64,000 nucleotides of DNA from Squalus acanthias (taxonomy: Eukaryota): contig CM059431.1 in assembly GCA_030390025.1 (NCBI GenBank), positions 121,398,001 through 121,462,000 of the forward strand, in the 5' to 3' direction. The position numbers and the translations under genes are program-made. Numbering within the stretch: the first letter of the stretch is position 1; every line of letters starts with the position of its first letter. This document shows, piece by piece, positions 12,600-23,688 of this stretch. The notes under the pieces are model-generated. The model did no database searches. It was given only the letters and a program-made list of their open reading frames with translations, and was not told where the DNA came from.

Positions 12600-13404
12600 G
12601 TAAGCATTCTCTTAGTGACTGTCTTGTGTGTGCCTTTGCCTCTCCTACTGATGTCATGCAGTGCTACCCCAGTGGCTGCAGCATGGCTGGTGAAGGCTGC
12701 TGACTTTCAGTGGGGGACACTGCAAATGGCCATGCTGGTTGACCTTGAGGAGCTGGTGGCTGGGAGTGTCAAATCAATCTTCTTATTTTTCTTCACTCTC
12801 TTCTCCCTCTTCTTGGTCACCCACTGGCTGGGCAGGCTGCATTTCTTGGGTGTGTTAAATGAGGAAGCCACAAGGGTGGAGTTGTGATGACGGGAGGCCG
12901 GGAAAGCATGAGGTGCATGCGAGAAGGTGGATAACATATGAGGATACCAGCACCTTTCAGCCCCGCCGCTGGCCAAGGGGTCAGCCATGCTCCTGCCAAG
13001 AATCGCCTGCACCGTCTCCTCCAAGGATGTGAGGTGAGGCTACGAATGAGAGATATGCCTCAATTTGTTGCAGATTGTTGGTAGGTGAGTGATTGGAAGT
13101 GGGGGTTCGTGCATTGAGTGTGTGAGGCTAGTGTTGTCGTTGGTAGGAGACGGCTTTTGAAGATGCATTCACTGACCTTGATCAGTGGCCTGAGGTCATG
13201 AAGCTTCTTTGGGCACTGGAGCCAGGTGGTGGGGTAAAATTGCTGGCAGGGATGGCTTTGGTGATGTAGTCCCACATCCTTCTTTCTGGAGGGCCTCCTG
13301 GCTCCTATGTGTAGAGGACCTCTTTTGCAGTGTTGACCCCCTGCACAAAGCTGGAGTGCTGCGTGCGAGACCCTGGGTGCCCCTTCCCTGGCTTGCTGAG
13401 CCAT
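12600..13404 (-). pseudogene. Harbinger Myb/SANT-like DNA-binding protein gene, decayed, multi-exon
   Basis: MAQQAREGAPRVS..TWLQCPKKLHDL in ORF 13060..13404; second segment EETVQAILG (ORF 12707..13024). Confidence 0.65.
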
Positions 13405-13655
13405 TTGTGTTAGTGCTGAAGCACTTTTCCCATTTTTTGAGGTTAGGAAGAGAATTCAGCTTTAAGAGCTGAATATTTACATTTGGGACGTCTTTTTAAT
13501 GTTAAATATTTTGTCTTGAAAGGTAGAAACGGTTGAAAACTGCATTGTATCACTGCACGATAGCAAAATACTGCAGATGCTGGAAATCCGAAATAACAAC
13601 AGAAAACGCTGGAAAATCTCAGCAGGCCAGGCAACGTCCGTGGAGAGAGAAACAG

Positions 13656-13691
13656 AGTTAACGTTTCAGGTCGAAACCCTTCGTCGGAACT
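13656..13691 (-). ncRNA. Minimal hammerhead ribozyme motif with U4C core variant
   Basis: Minus strand AGUU-CCGACGA-A-GGGU(UUCG)ACCU-GAAA-CG-UU-AACU. Confidence 0.6.
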
Positions 13692-13974
13692 GAGAACAGA
13701 GCAGGAAATTAAACAGATAAAAATGCAAGGGGGAGGCTGGGGGGAGGAATAAAAGAACAAAAGGGGTGGTCTATGGTAAGTAGAGACATTAAGAGATGCT
13801 CAAGGCAAGACGAGATGGTAATAGGACAGGTTAAGAAACAAAAGGTGAGGTGTGAAATGCTGGCAGAATGAGAGACAGCTGCCGTCGGGGGAGAGAGAGA
13901 AAAAAAAGGAAAAAGGAAAAAGGCACGGACCAAAAGGGTGGATAAAATGTATATATATGTGGTAGGGGCCAAGG

Positions 13975-14213
13975 TTATGATCTGAAATTGTTGAACTCGA
14001 TATTGAGTCCGGAAGGCTGTAAAGTGCCTAAACGAAAGATGAGGTGCTGTTCCTCGAGCTTACGCTGAGCTTCCGTGGAACAATGCAAGAGGCCGAGGAC
14101 GGTGAGGTCTGAGTGGGTGTGGAGGGGTGAATTAAAATGACAAGCGACCGGAAGCTCGGGGTCACCCTTACGGACTGAACGGAGGTGTTCTGCAAAGCGG
14201 TCACCCAATCTGC
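13975..14213 (-). pseudogene. PLE GIY-YIG endonuclease C-terminal fragment
   Basis: RRLGDRFAEHLRSV..PVACHFN..RKLEEQHLIFRLGTLQPSGLN. Confidence 0.85.
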
Positions 14214-16160
14214 GTATCACTGCATTTCATTTTGTATAAGTTCTGAGTGCATGGCCCCTTTAATTCACAGAACTTTTCATTACCCACAATTCCTTGCGAG
14301 CTCCACAGCCTCGCTCCCACAGGCTGTGTGAAGCTCGAATGCCACACCTGGACAGGAACTTTGGGTCAGATGCCTCCAGTAATGCCAACAGGACGGTGTA
14401 GCATGGAAGCTAAGCGCTGCGCCACCAATCTCCAGCCCCCCCAGATGAATTTAGCCCCGTTAGCATTGCGGCCATTTTCAGCGGCTGTTAATTCCAGTTG
14501 CTGGTGTCCGGCAACTTTTCTGGCGAACACAAATTTCTCCCTCGCTGTGCCTAATGTGCATAAATGATGGTTTGATGGCCTAAAATTTTAACTTTTATAC
14601 ATAAAGAGGGGCTTAAAGTGGAAATATGGCATACATTCCATACTTTCCTCGGGTCACGATTATTTATGGTGATTTTCGCTTGTTCATACTAGTTTTACTC
14701 TCTGGCATATGCTAATGAGGTTGGCAGGAAATGTTGGCGTACGTGTCGGTTGGCAAAATTGGCATAGAAACCGGCATGAATTTTGGCGTAACTTGCCGGT
14801 TACGCTGTTCCAGGAAACTCCGGGTCAACGTATTCCAAATGAAGGACACAGCACTAAGAAGTCTCTGTTATGAAATTAATTATTGACTTGATGCCTCATC
14901 TATTTTTTGATTTATTCAGGGCAGAACATACCACATCTGGCTTTTCAAGGATTGTCTCCATTTTTGCAAGGATTGCTGCTAACGTAAATACTGAACTGTC
15001 AGCCATTTTTGCAGCAAATTCTGACAAGGTAGTTGCTCAAGGACCTGCTCATTTACAGCACTGAGGCTGCATTGTAAGCAGAGGCCTATTTTGTGTCAGA
15101 AGTCTTTTTAGTTTGAACATTTTTCCTGAGGGACCTGATTTTGGGTTGGAGGAAGCGTTTTAGGGATTGCGATCAAGTTCAGAAGGAGCTGCGAGGATCC
15201 AGTCTCCCACTGAAGCACTAATTCAGCTTCTTGCCCCGACGAGCTCCGTCGTGACAATGTTGAGCAGTCAGGGACCTCAGCAACTCTCTTATCTCCATTT
15301 GTCAAAGAACTAATTTAAATAAACTGATAACATCATTGACTCTGTGGGGAGAAAAGAACAATGTATAAAATGGAACTCAGGAAAAATAAACCACCAGTGA
15401 GTTGTGGATTACTGTGATTTGATGATTTACTTTTCAAGCAACCTCCAAGTCTTGTTGTTTATTCTCTATTTATATCATTCATATGGAGATACAGATTATT
15501 GAATATATTTTTGTTTCTCACTGGAATAATTTATTCAGGTGACAGGGCTGGGATTAGTTTCCTACAGTCTACTGTCACAGATCTGCTTTAGCCAGTACTC
15601 TGAATATTGCAATGAGCTAGACAAAATTGTAATTCTATGATGCATTATCATTATAAAAACAAGCACATATATTTTTACCATTGGCAAGCCATATAACTCA
15701 TAGAGTTATATATATAACTAAAGTGGAGAATATGTCCTTGTTACTAACAGTTACTGTCAGCATGGGTAAAATTTATTCACACTCCTGTAATATTTAGAAT
15801 GACAAAAATACAGCTAAAGTACAAACGATCTCTGTGACAAATTATTGGGCTGTAGTTGCACATCATTTCAAATCTCAATCACTGTCAACAGGGCTTTGAA
15901 CATGCCAACATCTTTGGAGAGAGAGCAGAGTTGAAGCAAATGGCTTTAACGTTGCAAATATAATAGACCACACTGAATTAAAAATTGATATTTATAGCCA
16001 AATATCATTAGATTATTACATAATACTGCGTATCATGTAGTAATTAATAAGAAGAAGCTGGTGAACACGGAACTTATACCAGTACTGACTGAGACCTCCA
16101 GAACTCACTGTGGCATCAGTATTTGGTCACCCTCACTACTGAGTTTTGTAAATGAAAAGG

Positions 16161-16588
16161 AAGACTTGCATTCATATAGCACCTTTCACAACCTCAGGAT
16201 GTCTCAAAGTACTTTTTGAAGTGTAGTCACTGTTGTAATGCAGGAAATGTGGCAGCCAATTTGTGCACAGCAAGCTCTCACAAACAGCAATGTGATAATG
16301 ACCAGATAGTCTGCTTTAGTGAAGTTGATTGAGGGACAAATACTGGCCTGGACACCGGGGATAACTCCCCTGCTGTTTTTCGAATGAGTGTCATGGAATC
16401 TTAGAGAGCAGACGGGGTCTTGGTTTAGCATCTCATCCAAAAGACAGCACCTCCAACAGTGCAGCACACCCTCAGTACTGTATTAGAGTGTCAGCCTAGA
16501 ATTTTTTGCTTAACTCTCTGGAGTGGGACATAGAACCCACAACCTTCTGACTCAGAGCCGAGAGTGCTACCAACTGAGCCACAGCTGT
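16161..16588 (-). mobile_element. tRNA-derived SINE with L2-like tail (SacSINE1/DeuSINE-like)
   Basis: Minus-strand head CAGCTGTGGCTCAGTTGGTAGCACTC..GGTTCTATGTCC (A/B boxes); tail ..GTGCTATATGAATGCAAGTC resembles L2 tail; other copies at 27803, 52655, 54590. Confidence 0.75.
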
Positions 16589-19500
16589 AATTCAGCAGTT
16601 GCTCTCCAGCACTTGTTACATAACCATAGAGGTCAATTTGAGAAAAGAAAATTGCTGGGAATAAATGGGTAAATTTGACAAATTTGGGCTCCTAATGTGA
16701 GTACAAATTCAAAAACGGTCAAAACGATGGGGATCATTTTCTGAATGCACGATGGATGCCAGCACATCTCGAAAAAGCATGGCCAGAACATCCACAGATT
16801 GCTAATATCTGCTGTGGACCACCAAAGTTCCCTGCCGCAAGCACATGCTTGCAAAATTACCCATGTCATTCTTATTTAGAAAGTAAATCTATTATTGTGG
16901 CCGTGATGCTAAAGTGCCATTTCATTGATTGCTGGGTATGTCAATTTTTATAAGTTGTTTTACTGAAAAGCATATATATTCAGTGATCTAGATCCTAGAT
17001 GTTGATTTATAAAATTACAAAGTCCAACATCAAGCAAACTATTAACGTTTCAGGAAAAGCAGACCATTTCAAAATGGTAGAGATATGTTTCACACTTAAA
17101 GATGTATTGAAAAATGAACTAGTCAGCCATTGGTGAACAAATAAATGCCAGAGAGAGATATTAATAGCTGCGCTTTTTGGTCACCTTAGTGAGGAGCTAG
17201 TATGTAGACAACTGAAAGACAAAATTATGAGCCTATAACTGCTCCAAAATGTGTAGAAACTGTAAACTAAATTGCTCCTGCCCCTGAATTGCTATGACAA
17301 TGGACTTTGGAAGAAGTAGCATGGAAGAAGCAAACCATCTTTGCATGATTTTCATGACAGAGTTTGATTGGCAACTTGCAGGACAGGACACCTAGGATAA
17401 TTACCACCCACTGAAGAGTCAGATGTGAGGCTCTGTTAATTGGGGGGCCGATAATACGATGGCGAGCACCTGCTGCGGGAAATTGCTTGTGGATACCTGA
17501 GCCATACAACACACCTGAGGCTCTCAGCATGCCCAATTTGGGATGTGAGTCCAAAGGGGGCTGGGAACCAATTCACGAGTTGTGCACTAAACTCACTGGG
17601 GTTGATTTTAAGGACTCAAAACTGGCCAATATGAGGCGGTACTGACCTGAAATTGATATTGGGTTACGTAGCCCCATTTACACTGGTACTCCAGCCTCCG
17701 CCATCATGGGTAGGGTCCTGAGCAATGTTCCCTCTAATTTTTTTTGGCGTCGTGCTACCCCTTTAATTCAGTGGGGAGGCTACTTGCAATATGTAAGTTG
17801 AGGTTCTATGATGTACATAGGGGCCTGGGGTTAATTGAACTTGCCAAAATTGGCATTAATGAGACATTAACGGCATCAAAATGGGGCTGTTGACTTACCA
17901 CCCCATTAAGGCTGATGATTGGCCACTACCACTTTCAGAGGCCGAAGTGCGTCACTTTTAATATGACATACATAGGACTACGATTAATATTTTAGGTTAG
18001 AATTGGTAAGAATGTGCACCATGCACTCACCGACCACTTTCACTGGCAAAAGAACTGAAGAGAGCCCGGAGAGGCACACTCCATCATCGACTGCCTGTTG
18101 TGCGCCTCATTAACATTGCTCCCATTAAACCGCCAGTTCGCATTTAAATGAAGCGTCTGCCCATAATGTGACTGGAGCACCTGAGCAACACTCCAGCTGC
18201 AGGGGGATCCTTTTGGAATGGGCACTGAAGTGGAGGAATAAACAGTGGGCACCTCTGCCCTTTGCCCCTGGTTTCCTGGTGGTCAGGACCCCACATCCTC
18301 CACGCCATCCTGCCCCTCTCGCCCACACCGGAAAAGTGCTGAGCGCACAATGGCACTTCACTGGCCTGAAAATGCAGTTTTGCTGCTTCCAGCACATTGA
18401 GAGAAACACATCCAGGGCACAAGTAAGCTATCCAAAACGGGCTGGCCGTGCGTTAGCCGGCATTAGCCAGCCCATTTGTGCACAGGCACATGTCGAACAA
18501 GAGCAGCAAATGGCTCTAAGTCTTTCTGAGATGCACAAACTGTCAGGTTGGAAAGGAAAGCTGATGCTGTGTACTGGTGAGATACGGTAGCCTGTTTTTT
18601 TTGTTCAGTTCCAGTTGGTGGACAGTAGATGGCATGATTGTGATTTCTCAGCAGAAGCCACTTTATGATTGATGGTCATAATTGCAAAATTATCTGCAAA
18701 TGAAGGTCGAGAAATATAGGACACTATTGTTGCCTGAACAACTGTCAGAACATAACAAGATGTCATCATCACCTATCTAATTTACCTGCAACACTGTAAA
18801 TGTTTTAATTTTTTGGGGGCAAAGCAACATTTAAAAAAATGGGTTTGAGGCAGATGCACACATTCATACAATTAACTTACTTTGATCCATTGTCAGCGTA
18901 CACGTCTTTTGTGAAACCTATCTGATCCCTAGCAGCTTACTCACCGTAAAAGGCTCTGGTTCAGATGCTTATATTAGGAGTTGCCCTCTCTCCCCAGGTT
19001 TCAAGGGGGAAAATCATTTGAAGCATTTCAGCTCAAAAGAGTAGGTATCAGACCTCATCTGCTTGACTGCAGGACAAGGAAATGTATAACTCAACGTCTG
19101 CACATGTTTAACTTTCCACTTGCACCATTAGTGTCACTCAAAGTCTCTACTCGGCAGTACTGATGTTTTTGGCCAGGGAGTGAAATTAGTCTAATTGATA
19201 GTGCTAGGAAAAAAGGTCAGCTAGCCTACAAAGTGAGAAATCTTATTTTGCACTCACATCAATGTTTTTTGTCTAAATTCTCAATAGGAAGGATCTCACC
19301 CCATATATGCAATGTTCTGCTATATTTTGATCACTTGCACAAATGTGTCACTGACAGGCTGACCAAACTGAAGTGGACAGAGGAAGTTGGGTTTTTCCAG
19401 ATAGGGTTTCCATAATTAACTATCTGACTACATCACACGTAATTGACTGTGTACTATTCTTGCCACAAAGCCAAGGAGTGGGGAATGCTGAAGCCACAGT

Positions 19501-19794
19501 CAGCGATTGCCCACTATAAGGAAATTGATGTGCCTGATCAATGACATAATAATCTTGTTCGGCATCCTTCCAGAATCTTCACCAAATAAAAAATATCTCT
19601 GAACAGATTCATGCTCACCTCTAACCTTAAAGATGTGATCAATAGCCAAGAACATTTAAATAAAGCTCTGCCATTTAAAATAATAACTCCATTAGAAATC
19701 AATTATTAGCTAGCTAGAATTGTTGCCAGCCACTAACTGCGGCTTGCAGTCCAGCCCATCCAGACCTCTGGTATGCAAGCGATGGTGTTAGGAA

Positions 19795-20090
19795 GGAACA
19801 TAGAAACATATGAAGGAACATAGGAACATAGGAATAGGAATAGGCCATTCAGCCCATTGAGCCTGTTCCGCCATTCAATTAGATCATGGCTAATCTGTAT
19901 CTTAACTCCATCTACCTGCCTTGGTTCTGTAACCCTTAATACCATTGACCTAAAAAAATTCTATCAATCTCAGTTTTGAAATTTTCTATTAACCTAACCT
20001 CAACAGCTTTTTGAGGGAGAGTTCCAGATTTCAACTATCACTGGTGTGAAGAAGCGTTTCCTGATATCACCCCTGAATGGCCTAGCTCTA
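19795..20090 (-). mobile_element. CR1 LINE 3' end
   Basis: Reverse complement of the CR1 tail GCCATGATC..TTGAATGGCGGA..GGCCTA..(CTATGTT)n. Confidence 0.8.
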
Positions 20091-20561
20091 GTGTTGATTA
20101 ACTTTCTGCTTGCTAGTTTTACAACTTCACCTATAGCTGCTCATTTGGTTGGCACATGGTAGCTGTAACTGTTGTGTCATGCTGGAGTAGGCGCTGAATC
20201 ATATTGGTGGAGAGGAGTGAAGGTGGGATTCCTCTCTGTCTCCCTATGTTCCTGCTTGTGCTAGCAATGGGCTCACATATGATAGAACAGGGTACCGATG
20301 AGGAAGTGATTGAGGGAAGCTACATTAATAAACTAGCAACCATTTTTTTAAGATGATAAGAGGTAAATCTGGAACACAAAAGGAAATAATATTAACTTGC
20401 TATAGTAAAAACAGAAAATGCTGGACATACTCAGCTGGTCAGGCAGCATCTGTGAAGAGAGAGAAGCAAAGTTAATGTTTCATCAGAACTGGTTAACTTG
20501 CTGTTAACTCATGTTGGCCACTGATAGAGAATATTGGAAGAGACTTATTACTAAGCAATTA

Positions 20562-20990
20562 CATAGAAACATAGAATCTAGGAGCAGGAGTAGGCCATTC
20601 GGCCCGTCGAGCCTGCTCCACCATTCAATACGATCATGGCTGATCATCCAAATCCAGTACCCTGTCCCTGCTTTAATCCCCACAGTACACATATCCCACC
20701 CTACCCCCGTAACCCCACGTATTTAATTCCCCCTAACATATGCCATCCTATCCCCATAACCCCACATATTTAATCCCCCCCTGACACTAAGGGTCAATTT
20801 TTATCATAGCCAAATCAACCTAACCCGCACATTTTTGGACTGTGGGAGGAAACCGGAGCACCCGGAGGAAACCCACGCAGACACGGGGAGAATGTGCAAA
20901 CTCCACACAGACAGTCACCCGAGGTCAGATTCGAACCCGGGTCCCTGGCGCTGTGAGGCACCAGTGCTAACCACTATGCCACCGTGTTGC
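20562..20990 (-). mobile_element. tRNA-derived V-SINE (HE1-like) with CR1 3' tail
   Basis: A box TGGCATAGTGG, B box GGTTCGAATC, central GTGTGGAGTTTGCACATTCTCCCCGTGTCTGCGTGGG, CR1 tail; near identical to 58327-58755. Confidence 0.85.
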
Positions 20991-21095
20991 ACTGTCAAGT
21001 TTAATCATGATGCGGAGATGCCGGCGTTGGACTGGGGTGGACAAAAATGAGAAGTCGCACAACACCAGGTTATAGTTCAACAGATTTATTTAAAA

Positions 21096-21133
21096 TTACA
21101 AGCTTTCGGAGCTGTCGCCCCTTCGTCAGGCAA
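21096..21133 (-). ncRNA. Minimal hammerhead ribozyme motif (minus arm)
   Basis: Exact reverse complement of 21246-21283. Confidence 0.65.
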
Positions 21134-21245
21134 AGTTACTGTGAGAGAATCTATCAGAATTCACAGAATATAAAAACACAGAGAAAATGCATTTTCTCTG
21201 TGTTTTTATATTCTGTGAATTCTGATAGATTCTCTCACAGTAACT

Positions 21246-21283
21246 TTGCCTGACGAAGGGGCGACAGCTCCGAAAGCTTGTAA
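21246..21283 (+). ncRNA. Minimal hammerhead ribozyme motif (plus arm)
   Basis: UUGC-CUGACGA-A-GGGGC(GACA)GCUCC-GAAA-GC-UU-GUAA. Confidence 0.7.
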
Positions 21284-21984
21284 TTTTAAATAAATCTGTT
21301 GGACTATAACCTGGTGTTGTGCGACTTCTCAAGTTTAATCATGCTTGGTACTGTACCTCAGTCATGTTCCTCTATGGTTGGAAGTTGGTCCCTATGACAT
21401 CAGGTAAAATGTTCATTATGTTTTTCCTAAAATATTGCCTGTTGTTTGAAAATATGCATCTGTGAATTATAGTGAACTGTTTAGTAGAATGCACAGTATC
21501 TCATTAAATACTTGATTAATGTTCTTGCATTTGGCCTGCATCTTCTAATAATACAGCTGGTAAGTGGTGCTCTAAATGGTCTTTTGGTAAATTAGCTATG
21601 CATAGTTGACATTTTAACCCAGGGCGGGATTGGTGCGTGTGGGGGTCGGAGTAAGTGATAGGCTCCCATGCCGAGGCCCAGGGATATTTTAGCCCCCCGG
21701 GCCTGATTTCCATATTCAGAATTGTACTCTTTCCCGAACGCTGCAAGAATCACTGCATGGGTGGTGGGCAGCAACAGGAATTCAGGTGGCAGGAGGTCGC
21801 TGCCGGTCCCCAACAGATATGTCTCGGGGAGGGACTCTCAATTGGGGGAGTGGGGGAAGCCCAGGGCAAGGGAGGGTTCGGAGGAGCACAACTGCTTCTC
21901 CTGGCCAATAAGGAAATGGAACTTTTTAAAATAAAATTTACCTTTCTGGGCCTGGCAGGGAAGCTACCACTGCTTCACCGCTCA

Positions 21985-22186
21985 GGCCTCAGACCTCTCC
22001 GCATCACTACGTCTCTCTTCTCTCTTAAGTCGCTTCTTAAAATCTACCTCTTTGACCAAACTTTTGGTCACATGTCCTAATACCTCTTTATGTGGTTCAG
22101 TGTCAAATTTTGAATGGTAACGCTCCTGTAAAGCGCCTTGGAATGTTTCACTACGTTAAAGGTACTATATAAATGCAAGTTGTTGT
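21985..22186 (+). mobile_element. L2 3' tail fragment
   Basis: ..LLKIYLFDQTFG.. followed by L2 UTR and TATATAAATGCAAGTTGTTG. Confidence 0.8.
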
Positions 22187-22189
22187 GGT

Positions 22190-22520
22190 AGGATGCAACC
22201 CTTAACTGCCCTTTGTCTGATGTTGACCAGGTCCCCATTCGATGCTTGGGATGAACCTAAGCCATAGAAATTCAGGGCCATGCTGAGCTTCATTTCCATG
22301 GTCAACGCCCTGTGGCTTGTAGCAGGTCTCCTGGCAGAATCTCGCAGAGAAGAACAAAGGCGTCCATGCTGGGCCTTAGTCTCCACAATTTTCTGGAATG
22401 TCATCCGTGGCCTATACACTCGGTAAGTGGGAGTAATATCGTGTTGACCGGTGTCTGCAAGCCTTACTCTGTGGGTCTTGTCTCTGCTCTTCCTTTACCT
22501 CTCCCACAATTATCACGAAG
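22190..22520 (-). pseudogene. Harbinger transposase N-terminal remnant
   Basis: YRPRMTF..KLSMALNFYGLGSSQASNGDLVNI (ORF 22165..22419). Confidence 0.65.
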
Positions 22521-23057
22521 AGATACATGTTCAATGGAAACACCATTGCTGTTGGCTGTTACTTCTGCAGATAATAGGATCATCTGGGCTTCTTAAAATA
22601 TTGCCCTCTGAGATTTCCAGCACTCTGGTCAAGTTTACTGGCGGTTTTTGTGCCCAAAAATTGGTTTCAGACTGTAACAGTGATATCAAAAACAGCATAA
22701 ATGCAGGAAATTTGCATTGTCTGATCATCTGACTATGGGGCGGGTTATGTTAATGAGCCTCGAAGGGGTTTGGCGGATGTTTCAATGAATCGTCTCAAAA
22801 GATGGAGGTAGTTCTGGCATACTGTTAAAATTGGCATAAGTCACGTACATCCGCATTTCCTCAATCTTTTATGCTTAAAACTGGCGTAACTTTAAACTTG
22901 TGCACACAACCTCCAAGGAAATTCCAGGCCTCAGGCACTGTTGATGCCCCAAAGGCAGCAGGGCATAGCACCAAGCCAGAGATGAAGAATGCACAACTTC
23001 ACTCATTCAGACCTCCAACCCCTCCTGGAGGGTACTGAAGGCAGCAGGAAGAGTTTT

Positions 23058-23637
23058 ACTACAGTTGTACAGGGCCTTGGTGAGACCACACCTGGAGTAC
23101 TGTGTGCAGTTTTGGTCTCCTTACCTAAGAAAGGATATACTTGTCATAGAAGGGAGTGCAGCGAAAGTTCACCAGACTGATTCCTGGGATGGCAGGACTG
23201 TCGTATGAGGAGAGATTGGGTCGACTAGGCCTGCATTCGCTAGAGTTTAGAAGATTGAGAGGGGATCTCATTGAAACTTATAAAATTCTGACAGGGATAG
23301 ACAGACTGGATGCAGGGAGGATGTTTCCCCTGGCTGGGGGGTCTAGAACGAGGGGTCACAGTCTCAGGATATGGGGTAGGACATTTAGGACTGAGATGAG
23401 GAGAAATTTCTTCACTCAGAGGGTGGTGAACCTGTGGAATTCTCTACCACAGAAGGCTGTGGAGGCCAATTCACTGAATATAAATAGATTTCTAGACACA
23501 AAAGGCATCAAGGGGTATGGGGAGAGAGCGGGAATATGGTATTGAGATAGAGGATCAGCCATGATCCTATTGAATGGCAGAGCAGGCTCAAAGGGCCGAT
23601 TGGCCTACTCCTGCTCCTATTTTTCTATGTTTCTATG
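23058..23637 (+). mobile_element. CR1 LINE 3' fragment
   Basis: [36 protein letters not shown]1 tail ending TTCTATGTTTCTATG. Confidence 0.9.
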
Positions 23638-23688
23638 AGACTTCTGGGTATGGTTGCCACCAAGTCACCCAGAGTTAACAGTCCTGCC

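Larger units (their letters stand above)
13558..14213 (-). mobile_element. Penelope-like retroelement 3' fragment
   Basis: 11-bp TSD GTATCACTGCA (13547-13557, 14214-14224); GIY-YIG C-terminus followed by UTR with hammerhead motif. Confidence 0.85.
11735..14543. mobile_element. Internally deleted Harbinger transposon with nested PLE
   Basis: TIR GGGCTAGAAATT / AATTTCTCCCTC, TSD GCT; acidic transposase tail (+, ~12280-12400) convergent with a Myb-like gene (-). Confidence 0.75.
21010..21331. mobile_element. PLE-derived near-perfect palindromic mini-element
   Basis: 142-bp arms (21048-21189 / 21190-21331), one mismatch, no spacer; ~38-nt tail 21010-21047; direct repeat TCAAGTTTAATCATG at 20995-21009 and 21329-21343. 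Confidence 0.8.

Noticed and set aside
14870..15305. Possible host exon after TTTATTCAG
   Set aside because: All three plus frames stop within about 150 bp and no protein family is recognisable
21047..21332. Twin 68-aa ORFs on opposite strands
   Set aside because: By-product of the palindrome; no coding evidence
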